Source: an uncultured Verrucomicrobiae bacterium
GTDB taxonomy: Bacteria > Verrucomicrobiota > Verrucomicrobiia > Chthoniobacterales > JAFAMB01
Reading direction: 5' to 3'
Length of the DNA stretch: 64,000 nucleotides
NCBI GenBank assembly: GCA_963762565.1
Contig: CAVXLD010000007.1
Coordinates: 544,001 to 608,000 of the forward strand
This document shows positions 50,135 to 59,210 of this stretch, piece by piece (the stretch's first letter is position 1; the number at the start of each line of letters is the position of its first letter). The notes beneath the pieces are model-generated. The model did no database searches, was not told the DNA's origin, and worked only from the letters and a program-made list of their open reading frames with translations. A program made the translations under genes and the position numbers.

Positions 50135-50258
50135 GGGGAGGGATCGCGTCCCCGCGATCTTTCGTTACCGGATCCCGGCGCGTTTGCCATTGTGGGATTT
50201 GATTGCGCCTCCAGGTCGGAAACGTTTTTCACGGCGCGCGGGGACGCGCGCCCTCCCC
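50135..50258. repeat. REP doublet homologous to 11656-11780 (inverted)
   Basis: GGGAGGGATCGCGTCCCCGCGATC ... CGGCGCGCGGGGACGCGCGCCCTCCC. Confidence 0.75.
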
Positions 50259-51851
50259 GATTTGCAACCCGCTAACCCCGTCAGTCATCTCATCAAACAA
50301 CGCTCCCACCTGCAATGAGAATGCCGCAACTGCGCATACCAACAACGGCAATGCATAGCGATCATTGAAATAGTCGCAGACACAATTGGCGAAATAAAGG
50401 ATCGCGGCGTTCAGCAATAATGCTTGGGAAAACCAAGCAATATTTGCTTGCTGGCGCCTTATCAGGAAAATGGTTAGTCCGAAATTAACTAATACCAGAA
50501 CCGCGATCGGAACTGGCCCCCATAGCATCAGATAGGGATCGGTGCTAGCCCGATCCACCAATGCTGATGCTGTCTTCAGGTCGTCGATGGAGTGAAGCTG
50601 CTCCAACGGCTGCCAGCCTTTAGGATCTTCCTGACGCATGCGTGCAGCGGTGCGATTCGCTAAAAAACGGTTGAGGCTCAGCTTGCTATTATCCTCGCGC
50701 ACATAGCCGTGCAGGAAATCAGATAGAATTAGGTCGATCAATTTCGGGTGAAGCGTTCTGAGATAGGCCAGGGCTGCGTCGAAAACCACCACATCGCTGC
50801 GCGCTTGGAGTGCGCTCTGCGGGATTCCTTCTTGGCGGAGCGCGTCTTGAATTGTGTTAGCTAGTTCGTCATGGGACACTCCTACCTTAGACTCTGCTCT
50901 TATCGCCACCTGAACGATCGGATCAGGCTCGGCAGTAACCAGCTTTTCGACTAACGCGGCCCGCTCTGAATTGGACAATTTATAGAGAAACGAGGTGGCT
51001 CGATCGATTAGAACGAAGCCTAAGTCCGTGCGGTACGGTTCTCCAGCCGCCGCAATCATGGTTCTGACGATTAGGGTGTCAGCCAATAAAGCAAAGGCTC
51101 CGCAAGCTATCGCGATCCCAAGTTTGGTCAGATCTTGAATGAATATCGGGCGTCGTCGCCATAGCGACCAGATGAGATGGCCTGTTATCACCAGCGGTAA
51201 CCAAAGAACGAACAAGTAGTTGATATGCCTGGTGCCGAAGGCAACCAACAAGGCGATCGTGAATACAACCCAAGCCGTTAAAGACGCTTTGCTTCGATAC
51301 GCCCACAGCCCGGTGACGGTCAGCAGAATGATGGCGGTGACACTGGGCGCTTCGGAGCCGGCACATTGCTGGTGAGCATATAGCGAACTCGCGGCGATGC
51401 AGCCGAGAGTTATCGCGCCTCGGCCTAACGGCCCACGAGCCGCTGTTCGTACCAAGAGCGTCAACGCCAGAATCAACCCTGCATGTTGGGCAATAATTAA
51501 GAGCTCTATCCCAAGCCAAGTCGGGTGTTGTTCAGCAAAAAGGCTCGGTGCTGGAAGCGGTTGCCCGCTGAGCAAAGCCAGCACGCAATCGCCCACCCAG
51601 AAGGGAATTCTTCCCGTAAAACAATAGAGGGGCGGATAATGCAAGATGTTGGCCCATCCCGCCTTCCAAATCAGCTGCCCCAGCGCATCGACGTCCTTCC
51701 AGATTGGCGGATAAACCAGCAAAAGGTAGAGCGAAGGCAGCGACAGGAAGATCGCTGGATGCCGGCCCACTACCGTGATCGCCTTTAGCGCGACATCTAG
51801 TGCGATTCGGTAAGCCGGATGATCTCGCACCGTTTGCGATTGTTCTGACAC
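50229..51851 (-). CDS. Hypothetical multi-pass membrane protein (possible GT-C-type glycosyltransferase)
   Basis: About 10-11 hydrophobic segments and a large soluble loop. Family assignment is inference. Confidence 0.7.
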   Translation of the reverse strand: MSEQSQTVRDHPAYRIALDVALKAITVVGRHPAIFLSLPSLYLLLVYPPIWKDVDALGQLIWKAGWANILHYPPLYCFTGRIPFWVGDCVLALLSGQPLPAPSLFAEQHPTWLGIELLIIAQHAGLILALTLLVRTAARGPLGRGAITLGCIAASSLYAHQQCAGSEAPSVTAIILLTVTGLWAYRSKASLTAWVVFTIALLVAFGTRHINYLFVLWLPLVITGHLIWSLWRRRPIFIQDLTKLGIAIACGAFALLADTLIVRTMIAAAGEPYRTDLGFVLIDRATSFLYKLSNSERAALVEKLVTAEPDPIVQVAIRAESKVGVSHDELANTIQDALRQEGIPQSALQARSDVVVFDAALAYLRTLHPKLIDLILSDFLHGYVREDNSKLSLNRFLANRTAARMRQEDPKGWQPLEQLHSIDDLKTASALVDRASTDPYLMLWGPVPIAVLVLVNFGLTIFLIRRQQANIAWFSQALLLNAAILYFANCVCDYFNDRYALPLLVCAVAAFSLQVGALFDEMTDGVSGLQIGEGARPRAP

Positions 51852-51930
51852 GACGTCATCTAGCCCGAAACCCTAGCGCCGCCAAGGTACTTCGTACGCG
51901 GCGTTCCAGTTGATGTGATGCGTGATCGCC

Positions 51931-52229
51931 CAGCGCCTGGAGGGGAGCCGCTTTGGGTCGTGCCCAAAAATCTCGTGATATTCCTTTCTGGTGCGATGAA
52001 GGCCAAATAGGGTGTTGAACAGGCGGCTCCCGGGAACTACCGCACGCGATGTTTCTCCCATCGGACCGCTCGGGGGTTCTCGATCCGCTCAAAGCGCCGA
52101 TAAACCTGTCACGCGTGGAAACGTTCGCGGGAGCCGCCTGTTAAAGGAGATGTGGAGCCGTGCGCGCGCGGAAACAAATATCGCGAGGTCTCTGGGGCAC
52201 GATCCAAAGCGGCTCCCCTCCAGGTGCTG
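51931..52229. repeat. Four-box palindromic element (family A, long type)
   Basis: Core 51937-52223, outer spacers 62 and 62 nt. Confidence 0.88.
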
Positions 52230-52352
52230 CCTAATCTCGCACCGATCAACGTGCTACGGTCTCCGACGACGACGCGGACAAGGGAATCTCGAGAGAAGAG
52301 AAACGCAATCCGATTGCAACCGGAAACGATGCGGCTTACTTCATCAGGTACC

Positions 52353-52493
52353 ATGAGCGCGAATCGACCGGACAAGGAAGTGGACGATAAAGATCGGCAC
52401 CTGGAAGAAGAAGTGGACGAAGCACTCGAGGAATCGTTTCCCGCCAGCGACCCGCCAAGCTTTACCCGAGGGGAACGGGAGAGTGAGAAGTGA
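52353..52493 (+). CDS. Small acidic protein with ESFPASDPP motif (46 aa)
   Basis: VDEALEESFPASDPPSFT, a motif I recognise from small bacterial hypothetical proteins. ATG 52353. Confidence 0.75.
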   Translation: MSANRPDKEVDDKDRHLEEEVDEALEESFPASDPPSFTRGERESEK

Positions 52494-52599
52494 TTGGTGA
52501 TTGGTAAGAGGTGATTGGTAGCGGAGCACAAACTGCAGCGCGACCGCGAAGCGCAAATTTGCTATCTGCTATTTGCTATTTGTCATTGCCGCGTAGCGG

Positions 52600-53379
52600 C
52601 TACGCTGCTCTCTTCTTCGAATTCTTGAGGCTTGCCTGCAGGGCTTCCATGAGATCGACCACCTTACCGGAAGCAGCTTTCTTTGCCGGCGCCTTGCGTT
52701 TCTGACCCTTCGCTTTAGCCTCAATCAGCTTCTTCACGTCCTCGGCGTAAGTATCGCGATATTTGGCCGGCTCGAATTTTCCGCTCAGTTCTTCAATTAG
52801 TCGCTTTGCCAATGCGATTTCATTCTCCGAGATCTTATCCTTATCTGGAATGTTGAGCTCGTCCGTAGCCCGGATCTCGCCGGCAAACCGCAGCGTGTTC
52901 AGCAATAGAACGTTGCCCTCCGCTTTGAGTGCACAGAGGTGTTCCCGGTTGCGTAACACAAATTGCGAGATCCCGACCTTCTTCGACTTAGCCAATGCAT
53001 CCCGTAGTAGGAGGTACGGTTTTCCGGCTGATTTCTCCGGTTCGAGGTAATACGGCGTGTCAAAATAGAAACTCGCAATCTCTTCTTCAGAGACAAATTC
53101 GTGGACATCGATCGTCGAAGATTTCTCCGGCGACGCCTCTTTTAACTCTTCCTCGCCAACCACGACATAATTGCCGTCCTCTAGCTCGTAACCTTTAACA
53201 ATCTCATCATACGGCACCTCTTTGCCCGTAGACTCCGAAACCCGCTTAAAATGGATCCGAGACAGATCCGTTTTGTGCAGCATGTTAAAGGAGACGGATT
53301 CCCGCTCGGTCGCGGAATACAAACGGATTGGGATGTTCACCAACCCGAAGCTGATGGCTCCTTTCCAGATCGATTTCAT
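52600..53379 (-). CDS. ku: Non-homologous end-joining protein Ku
   Basis: IWKGAISFGLVNIP, IVKGYE, PYYLEP, VVDLMEALQAS. Confidence 0.96.
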   Translation of the reverse strand: MKSIWKGAISFGLVNIPIRLYSATERESVSFNMLHKTDLSRIHFKRVSESTGKEVPYDEIVKGYELEDGNYVVVGEEELKEASPEKSSTIDVHEFVSEEEIASFYFDTPYYLEPEKSAGKPYLLLRDALAKSKKVGISQFVLRNREHLCALKAEGNVLLLNTLRFAGEIRATDELNIPDKDKISENEIALAKRLIEELSGKFEPAKYRDTYAEDVKKLIEAKAKGQKRKAPAKKAASGKVVDLMEALQASLKNSKKRAA

Positions 53380-53533
53380 GCTAATGCGACGAATCTAGGT
53401 TACGGGAAACGACACTTCCCTTTAGTTAGTTTCGCTCTGAGTAATTGGATGCATAAATTCTGCGCGTTGCGAGTTCTTTTTTTAAGGGGGGCGCGGTGGG
53501 CGGCTCGGACGTTTGGAGCCGGGTAACGCCCTG

Positions 53534-53633
53534 GGCGCTGCGATCAGATGGGACATATAGGACCTATGGGACCGATAGGTCGTCCCACATATACGTCCCA
53601 TAGGTCCTATATGTCCCATCCGTTCGCAGCGCC
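53534..53633. repeat. GGGACCTAT-family inverted repeat with perfect 26-bp arms
   Basis: GATGGGACATATAGGACCTATGGGAC (53547-53572) and exact reverse complement (53595-53620). Confidence 0.88.
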
Positions 53634-53696
53634 TCGAGTTTTCCCAACCTCACGTCCTATTGTACCCAGCGCCCCAACCTACCCCAATATATTGGG

Positions 53697-53725
53697 TTGA
53701 TCCAACGGAGTCCGGGGTGTATCAT
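53697..53725 (+). promoter_or_regulatory. Sigma70-like promoter
   Basis: TTGATC-17 bp-TATCAT, 16 nt upstream of ATG 53742. Confidence 0.55.
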
Positions 53726-53741
53726 CCTGAGTAGTCCTCCT

Positions 53742-54056
53742 ATGGATACCAAACGGCTACCCACCAGATGGCTCTATATAATGGATTATATGGACGAAGA
53801 CACCGGGACGGTTGCCGCGACCCTGGGCGCTGCGGACGATCGCGACGAATGCGAGGGGGTCGTCCTTCACGAAACGACTTTCTTTGAGCGCCAGGGCTTC
53901 ACGATTGTCCGAGGTGAAGCCTGCGAGCTTTGCCGGAGTTGCGAGGGAGACGGCCTAATCTGCGACAGCGGTTCGGAAAGACAATGTCCCCAATGCGGCG
54001 GCTTTATCGGGCCCTTCCGCAGACTGCGGTTTAGAGCTTCAGGAGCTAGGAGCTAG
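53742..54056 (+). CDS. Small hypothetical zinc-finger protein
   Basis: CRSCEGDG...CPQCGG (DnaJ-like CxxCxGxG motifs). Promoter-like sequence upstream. Confidence 0.7.
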   Translation: MDTKRLPTRWLYIMDYMDEDTGTVAATLGAADDRDECEGVVLHETTFFERQGFTIVRGEACELCRSCEGDGLICDSGSERQCPQCGGFIGPFRRLRFRASGARS

Positions 54057-54091
54057 AATCCAGGAGCTAGGAGGACGTCTCGTTCCTCCTA

Positions 54092-54243
54092 TCGTAATCG
54101 TCCTCGTCGTCGTCCTCGAAAGTAGTTGAGTTGAATCGGTCGCGCAGAGTGAATCGCTGCCAATAGTCGAAAATTCCGGGTCTTGCTCAATCTTGAGAGG
54201 AATTCGCTTTTCGGAGAACGAGGACGACGAGAACGAGAACGAC
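54092..54243. repeat. Hexamer-period inverted repeat (TCGTCC/TCGTCG vs GACGAG/AACGAG)
   Basis: Arms 54092-54118 and 54214-54243. Related units at 17021-17043 and 56130-56529. Confidence 0.7.
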
Positions 54244-54283
54244 TGTCACCGAGCTGCAGCCCGCACTCCTGGATCCGCAGAGT

Positions 54284-54534
54284 TTAAATATCCGCAGATT
54301 ACGCAGATTTCGGTTTGCGGTCGGCTACGCGGTTCGGCAAAGGGTACGCCTTGGGTAGAGAGCAGTTTTTCTCCTCAATTTGGGGCTGCTGGGCGAAAAC
54401 TCACTTCTTGAGTAAGCCCGGTACCAGCCCCCATCCCCCGAACCGTGATTCTACAAATGCAGATTTTTAGCACCTGCAGCGCGATCGACGGTTAACCGAA
54501 ATCTGCGAAATCTGCGAAATCTGCGGATATTTAA
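54284..54534. repeat. CGCAGATT nonamer inverted repeat
   Basis: TTAAATATCCGCAGATTACGCAGATTTCGGTT ... AACCGAAATCTGCGAAATCTGCGAAATCTGCGGATATTTAA. Confidence 0.85.
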
Positions 54535-54570
54535 TTATCTCTTAGCTCTCGCTCTGCGGAATTGGCGTTC

Positions 54571-55326
54571 CTAGAACCTGACTGCGCTCAATTGCTGAAG
54601 CGCTTTATCAAAGTTTCCGTTGGCTTCAGCGAACCGGAGAAACTTGACGTGTTCTACACAGATCTCGCTCGGTGTGGGCTGCGTCTTAAGGATTTGTATG
54701 GTCTGCTGGATGTAGTCCGGTAAGGACATCATCCCTTCATTTGGGGTCCGGCCCGGGGTCAGATCGGTTGCGACCGCCGGGGGGATGATTTCGATAACTT
54801 CCACCGGCGTGCCGGTCAGCTGGACCCGCAGAGACTGGGTGTACGAATGCAGGGCGGCCTTGGTTGCGCTGTAGGTGGGAGTGACCGGCAAGGGCACGAA
54901 AGCCAAGCCGGAGGAGACATTCATGATAACCGCATGCGTCTGCTTTTGCAGGTGTGGAAGAAGGGCTGCCGTGAGTCGGATGGGACCAAGCAAGTTAGTG
55001 GTAATGGTTGCTTCAGAGTCGGCTAATCCCGCTGGTAGTTGTTGGAGATTCTCCGTTCTCATGATGCCGGCGTTGTTGATCAAGACGTTGAGGCTGGGAA
55101 ACTCGCTGGAGACCCGCGCCGCAAACTTCTGAATGGCGTCGGGATCATTGACATCGAGGCTGAGCGAGACGATTCCCGGATTTGCTTTCGTCGTGTCAGC
55201 CAATGCATCCGGGCGGCGCCCGGAGATAATCACTTGGTTGCCTAGTTGATGTAAGGCTTCGGCCAGGCCGCGTCCGATACCGGAACCGCCGCCAGTGACA
55301 AGAATGGTGTTACCCGTGAGTTGCAT
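54571..55326 (-). CDS. SDR oxidoreductase (DltE-like)
   Basis: TGGGSGIG, INNAG, VSSGLAFVP, YSATK. Confidence 0.93.
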   Translation of the reverse strand: MQLTGNTILVTGGGSGIGRGLAEALHQLGNQVIISGRRPDALADTTKANPGIVSLSLDVNDPDAIQKFAARVSSEFPSLNVLINNAGIMRTENLQQLPAGLADSEATITTNLLGPIRLTAALLPHLQKQTHAVIMNVSSGLAFVPLPVTPTYSATKAALHSYTQSLRVQLTGTPVEVIEIIPPAVATDLTPGRTPNEGMMSLPDYIQQTIQILKTQPTPSEICVEHVKFLRFAEANGNFDKALQQLSAVRF

Positions 55327-55332
55327 AAGGTG

Positions 55333-55369
55333 ATGTATCCGTTGGTAACAATGTTGTCAACGGAAACAT
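55333..55369. promoter_or_regulatory. Double palindromic operator candidate for the adjacent TetR
   Basis: ATGTATCCGTTGGTAACA-A-TGTTGTCAACGGAAACAT (15/18), immediately upstream of the SDR start. Confidence 0.6.
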
Positions 55370-55377
55370 GTGTTCTT

Positions 55378-55507
55378 CAGGAGTTCAGGAGTTGAGTTTG
55401 GGGCAATCTCGAAATTGCAATCGCAAAGGCCCTGTAAACCGAGAATATTAAAGCAACTCAGCACCCACCATAACAGGCTCCTGAACTCCCGAACTCCTGA
55501 ACTCCTG
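55378..55507. repeat. Octamer inverted repeat (GGAGTTCA vs TGAACTCC)
   Basis: Arms 55378-55396 and 55478-55507. Confidence 0.75.
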
Positions 55508-55520
55508 TCTTTGTGGTAGA

Positions 55521-56129
55521 ATGTCCAGATTGCAAACGAATCCGCGTCCTTATCATCATGGTAACCTCCGCCAGGCCTTGCTGCAGGCAGCGGAAACGGC
55601 GTTGGAGGCGCGCGGCGTTTCCAGTCTCTCTTTGCGCGAACTGAGCCGCGAGGTAGGCGTCAGCCATACCTCTCCCCGTCGCCATTTTGCTGATAAACAA
55701 GCGTTGCTGGATGCGCTGGCCCAAAGCGGTTTCGAACGATTCGACGCTGACGTAGCTCAAGCGGCCAATAGGCGGGCCCGCAATTTCGTGGCCCGACTGA
55801 CTAATTTCGCTCAGGCTTATGTTGAGTTCGCGCTGAAACATCCCGCCCTTTGGGTTTTGATGTTCGATGCCAAACATCGGCCGGGCGCGCCACCTGAGTT
55901 GTTAAGCGCGAGCGATGCCGCATTTTCCCACGGACCAGCGCTGTTCAAAGCCGGTCAGGCAGCCGGCGACGTGGTGCTTGGTGATCCCGCGCGGTTATCC
56001 CTCACATTGAGCGCCGCCTTGCAGGGATTGGTCTCCATTTCCACCGGAGGGCAGTTCAAAGGGTTCCCCCTGGAGACGCTCGTGCCGACAATGGTAAAGC
56101 ATATTCTGTTGGGGCTTCGGCCGCGGTAG
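55521..56129 (+). CDS. TetR-family regulator (WHG-type C-terminal domain)
   Basis: YHHGNLRQALL, LSLRELSREVGVSH, YVEFALKHP. Confidence 0.92.
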   Translation: MSRLQTNPRPYHHGNLRQALLQAAETALEARGVSSLSLRELSREVGVSHTSPRRHFADKQALLDALAQSGFERFDADVAQAANRRARNFVARLTNFAQAYVEFALKHPALWVLMFDAKHRPGAPPELLSASDAAFSHGPALFKAGQAAGDVVLGDPARLSLTLSAALQGLVSISTGGQFKGFPLETLVPTMVKHILLGLRPR

Positions 56130-56136
56130 TCGTCCT

Positions 56137-56528
56137 CGTGCTCGTGCTCGTGCTCGAAAAGGCCGGCACGTTGACGGGGCGCGTTTGTTCCCAACGCCTG
56201 GAGGGGAGCCGCTTTGGCGTGTCATTCACGACCTCGCGGTATTTGTCTCAGCGCGCGATTTGGCCAAAGAATATGCGCAACAGGCGGCTCCCGGGAATTA
56301 CCCAGCGTGATGCTTTGCCGATAGGTTCCGATTCGTTATGACCCCGGCCGGCTACAGTTGCAAACCGCTGGGTCGTTCGCGGGAGCCGCTTGTTCTCACG
56401 CGTTCCGGTTGGACTAACACTGAGACGAATATCACGAGGCTGGGCAGATTCACGCCAAAGCGGCTCCCCTCCAGGCGTTGGGAAAAACACGCTTCGTAAA
56501 CATGCTAGCCTCGTCGAGCACGAGCACG
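56137..56528. repeat. Four-box element (family A, long type; core 56198-56474) inside ~60-bp palindromic flanks
   Basis: Flanks CGTGCTCGTGCTCG...TTCCCAACGC / GCGTTGGGAA...CGAGCACGAGCACG. Confidence 0.88.
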
Positions 56529-56551
56529 AAAATCCTCCCGGGCGGCATCTG

Positions 56552-58795
56552 TCATTTCCGCCGGAGGTATCGCTCAGCCACGACCGAAGGTTGCTCAACT
56601 ACACGGCCGGCCGCTACGTCGAACGCGAGGCGGATAAACTGGGCGTGTGCCCAAGCAAGAGGCGTCGCCGCAGTCGTGGCGGTGCCTGACACAAACCCGG
56701 GTTGGCCCGAGGGCGGCTCGTTATCCCAAACTTGCTCAGATAGTAAATGACCCTCGTTTGCGGTGTTTGCCATTGCTACCAGATCCGTTTGCGCAGCTTT
56801 CAGGTTGAGAGCGGCGATTTCGTATTCTCCGCGTTCGCCGGCGAAGATAGGCCACACCCGGCCACGGGTCGTGCCGGAGTCAGGCGGAGCGAGCATCCAG
56901 GGAGCGCCTGAGGGTGTTTCGCCGTATCCATCGTCGGTATAGCGATGCCAGAATTTGCCGGTAGAAGTCGTCACCGACAGCTGGGTGTCGACCAGTTTAA
57001 GGCTGTTCGTGATCACCTCGTCGCTAGCCGGCTTTATTCCAAGACGGACCAACTCGAGAAAACTCGGGTCTATTACCTTTCGCTGGTCGATAGCACCGGG
57101 CCCGCCGTTGGCCAGGTTATAAGTTGTACCTGAGTCGGGCCGGCCATCTTTCGTGAGTCTTAAGTAATACGGTGACGAGCTGTACGGGCCGTTCCGAGTG
57201 ACCGTCCATTTTTCGATTTGCGACCGCCAGGAGTCAGCCGTTTCCAGGTAGCGGTGTGCGGAACCCTTATCGCCGTTAGCCCTCGCGATATCAGCCGCAC
57301 AGACTAGCGCGGCGATCTCGCTGGCGGTGCAGGCGGGAGAATAGCCGCTCTGTTCTTCCCATCTATCTTGAAGTGTGTATGGCGCCGGGTGTTCGGATAA
57401 CGGAGCGAACTTCAGGAGAAAGTCAGCCGCCGTTTTTATATGCCGTGACCAGGTACCGGCGTCCTTACGGCCGAGTTGATAGGCTAGGATGATCGGATCC
57501 GACACTTCATCCAACTGCAAGCTGTGGAAGATCGGGGTGCCATCTACCATCGTATTTTGTGGGCAAGAACCATCAGAACTTTGTTGGACATTGAGAACGT
57601 AATCTAAGGCGCGGCCAGCGCCGCTCAGGTCGCCATTAGCGATGAGCGCGGTCGCGATTTCATAGAGATCGCGAGACCACACCCCGTGATAAGGTCCGGA
57701 GGGATTTATCAGGCCCGTTCCGAATGCCCAGGGAATCGAGGGCGAGGCGATGAACGCGCCTCGATAAGTCTTATCTTCACAGGCCGCCAGTACCATGGAG
57801 GAGACTGCATATAACTGGCGTTGTTGCCGGCTGGAAAGGGTAGGGGGAGCCGGGCGCAAGGACCCCAAATACTTCTTCCAGCCCTCAGCGTAATCCTTGG
57901 CGGCTCGATCGAACCCGGCCGCGAGCGAGTCGTTGGCCATATCAAGAGCTTTCGACTCAGTGGAAGCAAAACCAAGCGCCAGCGTGAGATGCTGGCTTCC
58001 CTTCATTCCGGTTAAACCCAACCTACCAGTCTGCACAACAGTACCGTTGAGTGCGGAACCGTCATGTGTGGTTAACTGATAGTGCTGAGCTAAGTCCGTC
58101 CCGCCATCCGTGGTTCCGAGGTAGCCGTTAGCCGTTTCCGTAAAATCCGGCGCTGCAACCAGTGCGCTGGCCATCACCATCTTTTCATCCGAAGCGATCA
58201 ACGCTTTTCCTTTTGTTTCGCCCGACTCATCGAGAGGAGCGGCAACCTTCGGATTGTTAAGCTGGGGTTGGTAGACGGCGTAGAGCTGGTAAGGCTTATC
58301 GTCCAAGGAGACAAACTCAACATCGATCAGTAGAGTCGGCCGAGCAGGATCTGTGACAAAAGTGGTCGTCAGACACCAGCGGTCAGCTTTGTCCCGGTTG
58401 ACAATTTGGTAGGTCAAGCTAGTGGGATTGTCCCCACCGTCGTCCGGCGGATCTTTTTGGTCACCCGGACGGCCCAGATTCACCAGGCGGGTCAGCGATG
58501 TGGACCCGTCTTGAGCTCGTACCGCAAAATTTTGTCCGTCGGTCACAATAAAGTCGAGGTTACGGACGCTTGGCGTATCGACGCGAGGATAGTAGACCTC
58601 GCTCAACCGTCCGTTTTGTAATGTGAACCAAACGTTGCTAGCCACGCTGTAACTGGTACCGAAACCAGTCTTGTTCGCGGGCAACCAATCCGCATTCGCA
58701 CCTTTGGGAACTAAACCGCCCGCCGGCATTTCAGAAAGCCCGGAAGCCGGATAGGCGCAAAGCGATGCAAACAGGGCAACACGTAAAATTGGCAT
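56552..58795 (-). CDS. Glucoamylase/glucodextranase, GH15, secreted
   Basis: Signal peptide, KTGFGT/SEVYYP N-domain, WSRD, QLDE, DRWEEQSG, LSEQVW, PLAWAHA. Confidence 0.93.
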   Translation of the reverse strand: MPILRVALFASLCAYPASGLSEMPAGGLVPKGANADWLPANKTGFGTSYSVASNVWFTLQNGRLSEVYYPRVDTPSVRNLDFIVTDGQNFAVRAQDGSTSLTRLVNLGRPGDQKDPPDDGGDNPTSLTYQIVNRDKADRWCLTTTFVTDPARPTLLIDVEFVSLDDKPYQLYAVYQPQLNNPKVAAPLDESGETKGKALIASDEKMVMASALVAAPDFTETANGYLGTTDGGTDLAQHYQLTTHDGSALNGTVVQTGRLGLTGMKGSQHLTLALGFASTESKALDMANDSLAAGFDRAAKDYAEGWKKYLGSLRPAPPTLSSRQQRQLYAVSSMVLAACEDKTYRGAFIASPSIPWAFGTGLINPSGPYHGVWSRDLYEIATALIANGDLSGAGRALDYVLNVQQSSDGSCPQNTMVDGTPIFHSLQLDEVSDPIILAYQLGRKDAGTWSRHIKTAADFLLKFAPLSEHPAPYTLQDRWEEQSGYSPACTASEIAALVCAADIARANGDKGSAHRYLETADSWRSQIEKWTVTRNGPYSSSPYYLRLTKDGRPDSGTTYNLANGGPGAIDQRKVIDPSFLELVRLGIKPASDEVITNSLKLVDTQLSVTTSTGKFWHRYTDDGYGETPSGAPWMLAPPDSGTTRGRVWPIFAGERGEYEIAALNLKAAQTDLVAMANTANEGHLLSEQVWDNEPPSGQPGFVSGTATTAATPLAWAHAQFIRLAFDVAAGRVVEQPSVVAERYLRRK

Positions 58796-58842
58796 TGGAA
58801 AGGGGGGAGAAAGAAGATGGCAGTGAAGATGGAGGAGTTCCA

Positions 58843-59134
58843 GGAGTTGATTGGAGGGGAGCCGCTTTGGTGGGCGACCAAGAAACTCACCTTATTCGTG
58901 TCCTGGGTGCATGTGTCCGAGAAAGGATGCAAGAGGCGGCTCCCGGGAACTACCCAGCGGCTCGCAGCCTTGCCGCTCGGACCGAAAAACCGAAACGTGC
59001 ACGGGCAATTCATCGCCTTGGGTTATTCGCGGGAGCCGCCTGTTGCCTCGTTCAGAGAACGCATCGAGCGTTGGAACGAATTTCGAGGGGTTGTTTTGGA
59101 CCGCCCCAAAGCGGCTCCCCTCCAATCGAACTCC
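58843..59134. repeat. Four-box palindromic element (family A, long type)
   Basis: Core 58851-59125, left spacer 62 nt. Confidence 0.85.
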
Positions 59135-59210
59135 TTCTTTTCGGTTCCCGGCTTGACGGCCAAAAACGCCCGCGAGAGCATTGTGCGCCGCTACTCTCAG
59201 AGAAAACGCC

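Noticed and set aside
13690..59134. Constant boxes with variable spacers as a CRISPR or other guide-RNA array
   Set aside because: Boxes are inverted and dispersed as single elements, not direct-repeat arrays. Spacers are partly self-complementary and homologous between copies, and no cas-like gene is present.
13690..59134. Four-box elements as integron attC sites
   Set aside because: No RYYYAAC/GTTRRRY ends, no integrase, and neighbours are ordinary operon genes in mixed orientation.
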